A stretch of 64,000 nucleotides of DNA. Source: Phaeosaccion multiseriatum (taxonomy: Eukaryota; Protista; Ochrophyta, other classes). Below, one piece after another: positions 37,963-49,676 of the stretch. Each line of letters opens with the position of its first letter. Position 1 is the first letter of the stretch. The translations under genes and the position numbers were made by a program. Under the pieces are notes generated by a model. The model worked only from the letters and a program-made list of their open reading frames with translations. It had not been told where the DNA came from and made no database searches. Where the stretch lies: the NCBI GenBank assembly GCA_965112735.1, contig OZ218950.1:2790001-2854000 (forward strand), read 5' to 3'.

Positions 37963-38249
37963 GAGAGGGGGGTCACGTGCCACGGATGCCTATCGGGCAT
38001 AACCAAAAGCCAAGCATTCTTCAGGATGCATCCAACCACCAAGGGGCTGGCAAGGCATTTACATGCCAACGTCAGCCACTGCAGGGCCGCGATATGCGAA
38101 GCCTGGCGTTCCCGCCCCTGTTGGAGGAGCGTGCAAGTACGAGGAGTGTGAACAGCGCTTTGTAGAAGGCGACATGGCCTTCAGCCGCCCGAAGACCAAC
38201 GGCAGGAGCACCAACTTACTCCACTTCCCCTGTGCTTCCTTGTTCGCGA
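37681..38249. repeat. Long inverted repeat (foldback) with ~280-bp arms and a 10-nt spacer
   Basis: 37681-37962 is the reverse complement of 37973-38249, with about 5 substitutions and one 5-nt indel. Confidence 0.97.
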
Positions 38250-38417
38250 GGTCATGATTCAATCGTAAGAATACTAAAACCACAGTGGCAAAGGAGAAAA
38301 GGAGAAAAGGGGGAAAAGCACGACAAGAAGCGGGAACTGAAACTGGCGTCACAGCTGGTTCCGGCGTACCAACATGCAATTTTCCCATTTTTGTCTTCTT
38401 CTTCCTTTGCCTCTCTT

Positions 38418-40444
38418 ATGTTCAACCCTCCAGACAGACTCAAGGGCCTCGGCCGTCCGACCGTGTGGGAAGAGTTCACGCCCCTCTCCCGAAAGCACAA
38501 GAGTCACAACCTCGGCCAGGTCAGAGTTTCGTTGAAGGAATAAATGTGTTTTTGGGATACTTAGTCCCTCTCCCCGTTCCTGCGTCTCTCCCCCCTCCCC
38601 GCTAATAGGGATTTCCGGACTGGCCTTGCCCAGACTTCTGCAAAGGTGAGGATGAGAATGATCCAAAAGGAAATATTACTTCTTCCCTCACTTTTTCGCC
38701 CTTTTTGCTCTGCTTCCACGCGCTGCTTCCACAACCTGCAGAGGCCGCGGTCCGAGCCCTGCAGGCGGATTTCAACCAGTATGCTCGTGGCGCAGGCCAC
38801 AATCGTCTGGTGGAGGCTCTCTCTACGCACTACAGCCCGCGCTTTGCCTTGGGACGGCCCATCAAGGCCTTGTCCGAGGTCACGGTCACTGTGGGGTGCT
38901 CGGAGGGGCTCTTTGCGGCCTTCCAAGGTCTGCTGTCACCAGGGGTGAGTGCTGTGGCTGCTGTGGGGCGGGGGACTAGAGGGAACGATTGTTTTCCAGC
39001 TTGCCACTATTCATCCCATCCTGTCCTGCCTCACAAACCACGCGACTCTTTTCTACTCTTGGCTTGTCTCTTGTCGTGCAGGACGAAGGTGAGGCGGGGA
39101 GGGAGCATCTCAACAAGACTCAGGAGCCGACACTCCCTGGAACTCTCTCTGTCTGTCGCTGTCCGTTCTTTCTCGCGTGCTGCTGCTGATGCTATTGACT
39201 GACGAACTGACTGCGGCTTTACTCGGCTTTTGTTGAGATACAGCTTTCGAACTAACTCCCTGTCTGCATCCTCTCCCGTGCATGGCCCTTTGCCCTTTTC
39301 ACCTGCTGGTGGCAGTCATACTGCTGGAGCCGGCCTTCGACATCTACGCCCCGCAAGTGCAGTTGGCAGGCGGAACTTGCACATATGTGCCGCTTCGCCC
39401 CAACCCCGAGGACGGCAGCTGGAGCCTAGACATGAAGGAGCTAGAGGCTGCCATCTCTCCCAGAACGAGGATTATCCTTCTCAATACGCCCCACAACCCC
39501 ACGGGGAAAGTGTTTTCGAAGGAGGAACTCACTCAAATGGCAGAGGTCAGAACAGCATGCTGTATGTAGTACGGGGGGGGGGAGAGTCGGGGCGTGGAAG
39601 GCAAGGCAGTGCATGAACTGGACAAGGCCCTGTGAGGGATAAGGGGCTCACTGAGATTGGTCGGCATTGGTTGGCAATGCACTACCTTGATGTGTGCTCT
39701 CTCTTTCTTTCTCTCTCTCTCTCTCTGCCTCTCTCGTCTCTCCCTCCCTGGCTCTATGTGTTTCTCTCCTCTCCACCTCTCTCTCTCTCTCTCACTCTCC
39801 GCCTGTCTGTCTTTCCCTGCTCGATGGTCACGACTTGAACACCTCAGGTAGTCAAGCGTCATGAGAAACTCGTCGTGGTCACTGACGAGGTGAGAGATGA
39901 CAAAGGCTGCAGTCGAACCCCCCACCACTCCTCCCCAAGGGGTATCTATAGAAGTGAAGAAGAGCGGTTAAGGAAGGGGCGAGCAAATGTAGATTGGTAG
40001 GCGAGGCTTACCAAGGGATGTGGGCTTGCACAGATATGCGTACTTCTTCCTACACCACGGCTGTTTGTCGATATGAGTATGGGGGCTTCCTCCAGCCTTG
40101 GCCATTGCCGTACTCGGTTCCCTCCCTCCCGCCCGCCCGCCCGCCCGCCCACCCATCCTAGCTCACCCATCCACCCAACCACTCATTCACTCGCTCAGGT
40201 GTACGAGAAGATTGTGTTTGACGGACACACACACGTGCACATGGGCTCCATCGAAGGCATGTGGGAAAGGACGCTCACCATCAGCAGCGCGGGGAAGACA
40301 TTTAGCTTGACGGGGTGGAAGGTGGGCTGGGTTATGGGAGGGTCCGCTCTGGTGAAGCAAGTCGCCTCGGTCAATCAGTGGGTGCAGTACAGCGTGGCGA
40401 CGCCGCTTCAGGTACAAACGTAGACGGGGTGGTGGTGGTGGTGG

Positions 40445-40500
<56 letters not shown>

Positions 40501-40502
40501 GC

Positions 40503-40581
<79 letters not shown>

Positions 40582-40584
40582 GGT

Positions 40585-40619
<35 letters not shown>

Positions 40620-40620
40620 G

Positions 40621-40663
<43 letters not shown>

Positions 40664-41465
40664 GTTGTCGTCGTTGGTGGTGGTGTAACTCTGTTGTTGG
40701 TGCTTCCCCCCCCCTCTCTCACCACACGGGAGGAGCTCGACAGCCCCCCCCCCCCACCCCCGAGGAGTGTATCAGTCAACACTTTCCACCTCTTTCTGCT
40801 TCCGAACTTGTCTACGCTCCCACCGCGCGGGCCTTCTTTAATTGCTTTGTGCTCCGCCGCTTTCTCTTCTTTTTGTGTGTGTGTGTGTGTGTGTTTGTTT
40901 GTTTGTTTTGCTGGCTTGTTCTCGTACCGGTTGATTCTTGCAGGAGGCGGTGGCCGAAATTCTAGAAAAGGCAGAGGAGCCGTACGAAGGGCACGCCAGC
41001 TACTACGCCTGGCTCTCGCACACTTACGCGCGGAAACGGTGAGGGTCCGGAGGAGAGGGCCGGGAGTGAGTGAGTGAGCGAGCGAGGGAGTGAGTGAGGG
41101 AGGGAGGGAGTGAGTGAGTGGGTGAGTGAATGAGTGGGTGAGTGAGTGAGAGCGGTGCTGTCCGCGAAGTGGACTATGGGATGGCGTTGCCTGCCTAAAG
41201 CCCCTTTACAGAACACCACGGAGAGCCTCACCGGTTGTGCTTGACGATGGCTGCAATCAGCGCCTCAACACCCCCTCTACCTCTCCTCCTCCTCCTCCTC
41301 CTCCTCCTCCTCCTCCTCCTTCTCCTCCTCCTCCTCCTCCTCCTCCTCCTCCTCCTCCTCCTCCTCCTCCTCCTCCTCCTCCTCCTCCTCCCCCTCCTCC
41401 TCCTGCTACTACAACTGCTGCTGCTCCTTCTACTACTACTACTGCTGCTCCTGCTGCTGCTGCTG

Positions 41466-41500
<35 letters not shown>

Positions 41501-42286
41501 ACTGCTCTCTCTCGTACCCTAGAGACGCGCTGGTGCAGGCTCTGCAGCGGGGTGGTATGCGCCCCCTCGTGCCGGAGGGAGGCATCTTCGTGGTGGCCGA
41601 CACAGAGTCCGTGGGCGATGAGAAGCCCTTCGACGCCCAACAGTGGATGGCAGAGCCGACGGAGGCAAAACCGGAAATGACCAGGGATTGGGCCCTCTGT
41701 AGGTGAGGGGGAGAGGGAGAGAGAGGCAGAGGCAGAGGGGGAGGGAGAGAGGGAGGCAGGGAGGGTAAGGAAGGGAGAGGGAGAGAGAGAGACAGAGAGA
41801 GAGGTAGAGAGAGACAGAGACAGGGAGAGAGAGAGAGGGAGGGCGCGCACGCTCAGGCGAGAGCGGCACACCAGAGGGAGACGGACAGGCAGGCTGGATG
41901 GTGAATTGGCACTAAACTCATGGAGTCCCGCCTCCGTTGTTGTGCATCGCGATCGGCCTGCCTACAGGTGGCTCACGATTGAGAGGTCTGTGACGGCTAT
42001 CCCACCTTCCGCCTTCTACAGCAAGGCCAACGTCTCACTCGCCTCCAATCTCGCCAGGTGAGTGGAGATCTGGACACCATGGGGGGGGGGGGAAGACACG
42101 AAGTGTTGGGTTAGCTTCTTCGCGGGGCTTCTCTTCTCTGTGATGGACCAGCAGGGATGACGAATGCACCACGCACACACCCACACCCACTCCAGGTTCG
42201 CGTTCTGCAAGGACGATGGCACGATTGCAGGCGCGGCGGCTGAGCTGGCGAAGCTTGGCGAAGAAGTCAAGAGCCAGAGGCACTAG
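38418..42286 (+). CDS. KYAT: PLP-dependent class I/II aminotransferase (kynurenine--oxoglutarate / glutamine transaminase family)
   Basis: TVWEEF, NLGQGFPDW, NQYARG.G, PGDEVILLEPAFDIY, LNTPHNPTGKVF, TDEVYE, SAGKTFSLTGWKVGW, AIPPSAFY, RFAFCK. Confidence 0.9.
40443..40660. repeat. (GTT)n intronic microsatellite
   Basis: Seen directly. Confidence 0.95.
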
Positions 42287-43403
42287 GAGGAGGAGGGGTA
42301 GCTAGGGTGGCCGGTAGTGGCAGAGACAGGCGCGAGCAAGCTGAGGACATCCGCCCTCCCCGCCCTCCCCCACTCGAACACTCACCCGTAAGGAGGGGGG
42401 CTGACAGGATCAGGAGCTTCAGCAAGGGTGTGTCCAACGCTCAGTACTTGTACCCAGGTACAGTCCTTGGGGTTGGACATGCATTTTAGAGTATTTCGGA
42501 CGATTTGAGGGTTTCCCCTCACTCGAGTGAGACGACCGGCAGGGCGGTGTGTGATAGCAATGAGCGAGGCAAGTATGGGGCTCCAATCAAGGGGTCGAGA
42601 GAGACAGGGTTAGATATCGGTAAGCCTCGTTGAAGGCTCCTCAGCCAGCCACCAAGGAGTCACTGGTACCCGAGGGGCACACTTCTCCTCGCAGATTGAT
42701 GTCATCGCTCTGTCCATGCATCGAGGGGAGGAGAGGGGAGCTCGCGCATCGCGCAGGGTCTATCAATTTACCTCTCTTACTCACTCACTTTTCGTTCGCG
42801 GGAGTGCTCCGGGGTTGCGCCGAGGCTCCCATCGGCCCCAGGCCAGGTTTCTCTGGCCCCCGGTTGACGGCCCCAGGCCAGGTTTCTCTGGCCCCCGGCC
42901 GGTTGACTCCCAACTCAATCCCAAATGCGAAAATGGGGGCCCGGAAAATTACTCATGGCAAGGGGGTATATTTAGTATTCGGGGGGAGGTGCAGCTCTTG
43001 TTTGTTTCTTGGTGGTCGACACCAGCATCCTATGGTCTTTGTGTTGTGGCTGACACGAAAAAGCCAACTCGGGCCCTTACCCGGTTCGGCTCCGCTGTAC
43101 TCCGCATGCGGAGAAGTGAATTCCGTCGCCATCTGTGAGCAAATTACCAAATTTTCAATGTCAATTTGGACTTTCACCTCTGTTTCCGTCTGTTCAAAGC
43201 GGAGGTGCACATGCACGAATTTCGCGCGCCGTGTGAGGAGCAATTATATTTATATTACTTTGCTTTGCTTTGTGCAGCTCTGCACACAAGGAAAGGGGAG
43301 CATTGGGAAGCACGCAGTACAGAGGACAGCGGCTGCTTAGCCCTTGCGTGTTTTCTTGATTGGCGGGCGTTGTTGGCGGGCGTTGGCGGGAGAGGACGCG
43401 ACG

Positions 43404-44599
43404 ATGAAGAAGAGACGCCTGGACGACAAGTTCGTCCAGCAGCCCTCCTTGCCGCAGCCCAGCATGGCGGGGTCGGTCACCTCCTTCGTCAAGAAGCTCT
43501 TCGACATGGTTTCTTCGGAACCTGCGTCCATTATTAGCTTCGTTCCAAGTGAGTAGTTGGAGGCTTCTTGGGCATTTCTCGACGGGACGTGTCGTGGCAC
43601 TGGACTGGCGCGTTTTCTCATTCCTGCCCACCGCTCCTTCCTTCACTGTTCTCGGTGCTGTTCTCGTCGCAGATGGGCTGGCCTTTGAGGTCAAGGACCC
43701 TCGTCGGCTGGAGATGGAGGTGCTTCCAAAGTACTTTCGTCACGCGCGATTCCAGTCTCTGGTTCGACAGGTCGGTGGAAGTATGAGGAAGAATTTCGAG
43801 GGAACGTACCTCCTTTCCCTCTTTCCTCCATATACCGCTGGTGCTGTAGAGAGCAAGCAATGCACGGCAACCTTGTGCGCTGGCTGGTGCCAGCACCAGC
43901 ATGTGACCTGGCTACTGTGGCCGCATTTTCCTTCTTGTTTTTTTCTTTTTCACTTTGTTAAACCTGCTGCGGCTCCTCTTGCTTCCTGCTAACTCCCTTC
44001 TGTTCTGCCCCTCCTCCTCCCTCCCTGCCTCAGCTCAATTTTTACAGCTTCAAGAAGATCAGTAAGGTGCGAAGCATCTGGGCCTACAAGCACGACCTCT
44101 TCCAGCAAAACCAGCCTCACCTCCTCCAGGCTCTGAAGCGCAAGACGAATCAGAATGGAGAGGGGAAGGCCTCGCCGAATTCGAGGCGAGGTAGCAGCAG
44201 CAGCAGCAGCAGCAGCAGTGGCGCTAGAAGCAGCGCCAAGGATGAAGCCCCCCGATTGGCTGCCATGCCTCTTGCTCCCCTTGCAGCGAGGAGCGGCGGC
44301 CGGAGAGGCGACGACTTTGAGCCGGTATGTGGGGGGAGCTTGCAGCCCGCCCCCCGCCCCCCCGTGACGACTCAGATGCAGCAGTATTTCCCTCCTTACC
44401 TCCCACCCTCATGGCCGCGGGATCAGCAGCGTTATGAGCAGCATCATCATCATCATCATCATCATCATCGCCAGCGCAGTCAGCGGCAAGAGCAGCTGGA
44501 CGTGACGCACGACGGAGGCGACTTGGAGCCACCATGGCACTTTCACCGGCATCAGCAACATAAGCAGCAGCACCACCACCACCAGCACCCGCAGCACCT

Positions 44600-44636
<37 letters not shown>

Positions 44637-44860
44637 GAGGAGCGATTCATGCCTGGCCGCATCCCTGTCCCTTCATCCCTGTTGCGCGACGGACAAAGAG
44701 AAGAGCCGCGACCACCACGGCAGTTCCACCACCAGCAGCACGAGCAGCACCATCACCATCACCAGCACCAGCAGCAGCAACGACAACAGCATTTTCACCG
44801 CCAGGAGCAGCACCACCACCACCAACAACAAGAACGTCAACGACGACGACAACAACGACG

Positions 44861-44950
<90 letters not shown>

Positions 44951-44988
44951 GCAGCAACGACAACAACGCCAACAACAACAACAACACC

Positions 44989-45020
<32 letters not shown>

Positions 45021-46028
45021 CAGCAGCATCAACCCCTCCTAGAGGAACACCAACGGCATCAGCACGAGTACTACAAGCAGCACATCCAGGACAGCGAGCA
45101 CCAGCATTCTGACGATGATGACCTTCTCCCATCCCTCCCGGGGATTGGCCTCGCGACGCAGTGCAGCACGAGCAGTATGGACAGCGTCGCCACCACCAGC
45201 ACTGGCCACGAGGAGCAAGGAAGGGATGATGAGGAGGAGGGTGAGGAGGAGGAGGAAGTGGAGGAGGAAGAGGTGGTGTTGGAGGCCGACAGCCTTGGCT
45301 GTGCACGACGGAGCAGAGGCACCAACGTTGCTCAGCGACGGCACCCATGCTGGCCCCGTGCTGCGGCTGTGGAGGAGTGCGAAGAAGGTCCGATTGTGAG
45401 CGAAGACGAGCCCAACCTCATCAATAGCGGCAGTAGCCGAAGCAGCAGCCGCAGCAGAGGCGGCGACTGGAATGATGCGCGTCCTTGTGGTACAAGTAAG
45501 CGCCCCCGACTGGCCGACCACGAGTCCTTCCCTCAGCAACAGCAGCAGCACCACCACCACCACCACGACGAGTCGGATCAGCACGAGCCCGTTTTGCTGT
45601 GCGACGACGATCAGACTGCCGTTGGTCCACAGCAACAACAGAAGCACCAGCACCACGACCAGGCTTCGAAGCAGCAGCCCGGAAGGAGGGCGGGGTCTGG
45701 GGGGGAGGGAAGAGGCGCGGCTCTGGGAGGGGGGTGCCAGCAGGGAGATGATAGTCCTCGCTCCGCGTGGGATGAAACGATGGCTACCGGCCACCTGTCA
45801 CCAGCACCGGTAGGAGCAGCAGGAGCAGCCACTGGGGCAGCAAGTTGTCATGACGACGCTCTGCTTCTCCTCATGGTGAAGAATAGTTTTGATCCTGCCG
45901 CCGCTGGGGCTGTGGAATCATACTCAATGCAGCAGTTTGCCGGGCCCAAGTGGGGGCGAGTGGCCACCAACGTGAGCAAGACAGAAGACGGGTGGAGGAT
46001 GGCGAGGGAGGGCTCCACCGTTCACTGA
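43404..46028 (+). CDS. Heat-shock-factor family transcription factor with long poly-Q/H region
   Basis: HSF DNA-binding domain across 3 exons: FVKKLFDMV...AFEVKDP..LE.EVLPKYFRHARFQSLVRQLNFYSFKK...KHDLF....P.LL..LKRK. Confidence 0.9.
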
Positions 46029-46934
46029 CAAGGAGCTTGGACCTCCTCCTGCCTGCCTGTGGTCGGAGAGAAGCACGGCGCAAGGTCAGCCAGTGGAAGG
46101 GGACTGAGAAGGGGAACACTTCTCCTCTGACTGGAACAAGTCAGGGAGAGAGGTAACGTACATAGATAGAATAGGGCGATACTTAGTAGCCGCCAGGGAA
46201 GTAGAGGATGGAGGTCGACAGGCAGGTCGATACCAAACCTGACCAGTGTCGACCTCACCCAGCCAGCACAGCAGCCGGTGCAAATAGAGGCGTCGCCGCG
46301 AACAAAGTGTTTAGGTGTGGGAGGTACTACAGGAGAGGTAGCTAGATGTGCATCAACAAGCAAGCACGAAAGAGAGATAGTTAGCCAACGAAAGAAGAGA
46401 GTGTGTGCATCAAAGCAACCACACAGGTTAATTTTATTAAGAATTAGAATGCTAGAAGTTTCTCGTTTGCTGTTGCTGCGGCGGGGGAGAGAGAGCGAGG
46501 GCGCGAGAGCGGGAGAGAGAAAAGAGAGAGTGAGGGGGGGGGGAGGAAGAGGCAGCGACGGAGCGAGCGAGCGGGCAAGCAACCGGGGGCGAGCGAGGGA
46601 AATGGAAGAGAAGCAGCGTCAGAGTGCGATCGAGGGAGCGTGGGGAGGGGGAGAAAGAGAGGCAGGGCCGCAGCAAGGGAGAGGGGGCAGGCAGGGGGCA
46701 AACACGAAGGCTTCCCCCGGCGGGGCGTCAAGGGCCCATAGACTGGAATTGAAACTGAAACTGAACCTTTCCTTCAACTGCCCCTCGACAGAGTGTGCAG
46801 CAGCAGGTCCATATTCGGGGGGGGGGGGGGAGGTATAGGGGGGGGGGTTAGAAAGAAGTTGGAGGAAGGTGGAGGATAGTATCATGTACTTTTTTCAGAA
46901 GGGCTTACAATAATCGCGTCCTCTGAAATGGAGG

Positions 46935-47006
46935 GCTCGTTTAACTCAGCGGTAGAGTGTGCCCTTCGTAAGGGTGCAGTCATGAGTTCGAATCTCATAA
47001 TGAGCT
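46935..47006 (+). tRNA. tRNA-Thr (anticodon CGU)
   Basis: Cloverleaf: acceptor GCTCGTT/AATGAGC, D arm ACTC/GAGT, anticodon loop TT-CGT-AA, T arm ATGAG-TTCGAAT-CTCAT; followed by a T-run Pol III terminator. Confidence 0.9.
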
Positions 47007-47574
47007 TTTTGCCAATTTTTTTTTCTTTTTTTTTTCCCCTCCTCTCCCCGTTGGATGCGCGGGGGTTGTAGAGTAGCGGGTTTGATGCAGCCTGGTGGCC
47101 AATGACAGAGGAACTGAAATCGAAGAGTCTGCTTAGCTATGTATGCATGTGGGGCATGCGCCTTTCAGGCACCCACTCGACGTTATTGCTCCTCGGGGAG
47201 GTCAGGTGGGGTCAACAGCTGCAGAACCATGATGGCCGCGAGCAGCCGTGGTTCCTCCAGGTCTGGGACGGGCCCGGGGAGCGACGGCAGTGTGGATGGC
47301 GAGGGAGGGAGGGAGGGAGTGAGGGAGGGAGTCGGTGAGTGTGTGAGTGGGTGGGTGGGTGAGGTGAGTTAGGGAGTGATCGAGTGAGGGAGTCAACAAG
47401 GGACGAGGGAAGCAATGAGGGAGTGTGTGAGTGAGTGAGGCTTTGTGTCTGTGAGTGTGCATATGTATGTAAGAGGAGGGAGAAGAAGAAAGTCCCAGTT
47501 TGGGTTTCAGTTTTCGGCGTTACAGAAGTGCTTTTCATAAATAACACAGCAGCTATTAAAAGTAGCTGGTTATC

Positions 47575-49127
47575 ATGGCTGCTGCTGCTGCTGCCAAGAA
47601 GAAGAAGAAGAAGAGCGTGGCGGGGCGGCCCCCGAGAAAGAGCCTGATAGAAAAAGGAGAGAAAAACGAAGAGAGTGAGGAAGAACCCGCAAGAGCCGAC
47701 TCGGCCGGGAAGGAGAAGAACAAGGAAGCAGGAAAGAAGACCAAGCGAAAGAGCAAGAAGAGCATCGTAGCACCGTCTCTCGACGGTGTAGCGGGAGAGG
47801 AGGTGGTGAACAAGGATGCTGAGAAGCCCAAGAAGAAGAAGAGCAACGTGGCACCACCTCCACCAGACGGTCCAACGGGGGAGGAGGTGGTGAGCAAGGG
47901 GGCGGGCTCCGATTCTGAGAAGCCTAAGAAGAAGACCAAGAAGAGCATAGTGCCTGCAGAGGGTGCGACTGAGGATGCGGCGACGCCGGGGAAGAAGAAG
48001 AAGTCAACAGCGGGCGTGGAGGCTGCGGGAGAGGGCCAAGAGCAGGGGCGCGGATCTAAGTCGGCTGCGAGGAAAAAGAAGAAGAGCACTGCTGGTGCCG
48101 CGACAGACGCGACAGGCGATCCCGAGGGAGCAGACGAGGGCGGTGGGGTTGGGGTGGACAGCGGCAAGGAGACGGAGGCTGACAATGGGGCCCAACCGGA
48201 CAAGACGGAGCGAGACGGACAGCCTGTGGTGCCTGCACCAGGTGATAGAGATAGCACAAGGGAAAGCGATGTAGGCGACAACCCAGAAGACACCGTGGGA
48301 GAGGGGGTCGGGGTTGCAGAGGAAATGCCACAAGAAGGTGTCATCAAGGTAAAGGTCATTGCAGAGGATGGAAGCCCCAGTAGCGAGGAGGCTGCTGGAG
48401 GCACGACGATGGACGCCGCCTCGAGCCTAACAGAAGAGGAACAGGAGGAGGAGGAGGAGGAGGAGGAGGAGGAGGAGGAGAAGCAGGAGCCGGAGAAGGG
48501 CAGCGACGCAGTAGGAAGCGAGAGCAGAAGAGTGGGCGAGGACGCCTCACCGGCAGGAGAAGAGGCCAAGCCAAAGGACACGCCTGAGGAACCTGCCCCA
48601 CTTCCTAGAGCCATTAGCATAGATGTCGTGGATCGAGGGGAGACGAAAGAACTGGTGCTCACGCGGAATGAAAGGAGACCCAGCGTGGAGGAGCCCAAGG
48701 AGAAGCAGCAAGGCGAAGGAGGAGCAGCGGAGGAAGAAGGAAAAGAACACAAGATTCTGAGTAGCAGAAGCCTAGACAGGAGTCTGAGCAACGACATGGA
48801 GGCACTGCAAGCCATCGCAGATCACTCCACACAACAAAGGCGCTCCCCACCAGCGCGGAAGGACAGTCTGCCATCGACCACAGAAGAAGAAGAAGAAGAA
48901 GAAGAAGAAGAAGAAGAAGAAGAAGAAAAAGAAGTGGGAGAGGAGGGGGGGGGTTCAATGGCAGTAGCACCAACGAATGGCCTGGATCCGGGAGGGGCAC
49001 CGCCGCCACAGGAAGCGTCCTCTCCGCCCCCGCCTTGGCGGGTGCGCTCCGAGCAGGAGGCAAGTGGTCGTTCCAAAGGGTATGATGCCGAAGGCCAGGA
49101 GACTGGCGCAAGAGCTGTCACCATCAT

Positions 49128-49190
<63 letters not shown>

Positions 49191-49619
49191 CGAGGAGAAG
49201 GAGGAGCGACGGCGCATCGGCGGGGTGGGCATGGGGCTTTCGCCCAAGTCCTCCTTCCTGGGTCAGCAAGTGTCGTACGCCACCACAGGCAATGACGTCA
49301 TCGAGGTCGGCGAGGGGGGGGGCACCGTTACGCCTCGGAGCCCGCCCGAGGAGAAGCGCGCAGGAAAAGGAGACAGTGAGGAGGAGGAGGAGGAGGAGGA
49401 GGAGCGAGGCATACCCAAGCAAGTACCTCGGCAGCAGCAAGAACAGCAGCTGCAATTCGAGGAGGATGAGGAGGAGGGAATTCACCTGAGCGGCCGCGCA
49501 GCAAAGGTCGAAGCTTGCCATCGGACGGGCCTCTTGCGGAGAACGTTCCGCGGCTTGCGGACGGCAGCAGACGAACAGCGGCGGCAGACGCAGCAGGAAC
49601 AGGAACAGGAGCAGGAGCA

Positions 49620-49676
<57 letters not shown>

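Noticed and set aside
40408-41871. Poly-N, poly-L, poly-P and poly-G ORFs
   Set aside because: (GTT)n and (CCT)n tracts inside aminotransferase introns.
42953-43243. Protein-like minus-strand ORF upstream of HSF
   Set aside because: Short, no ATG start, no recognisable homology.
47556-48815. 419-aa minus-strand ORF
   Set aside because: Antisense shadow of the K/E-rich plus-strand ORF.
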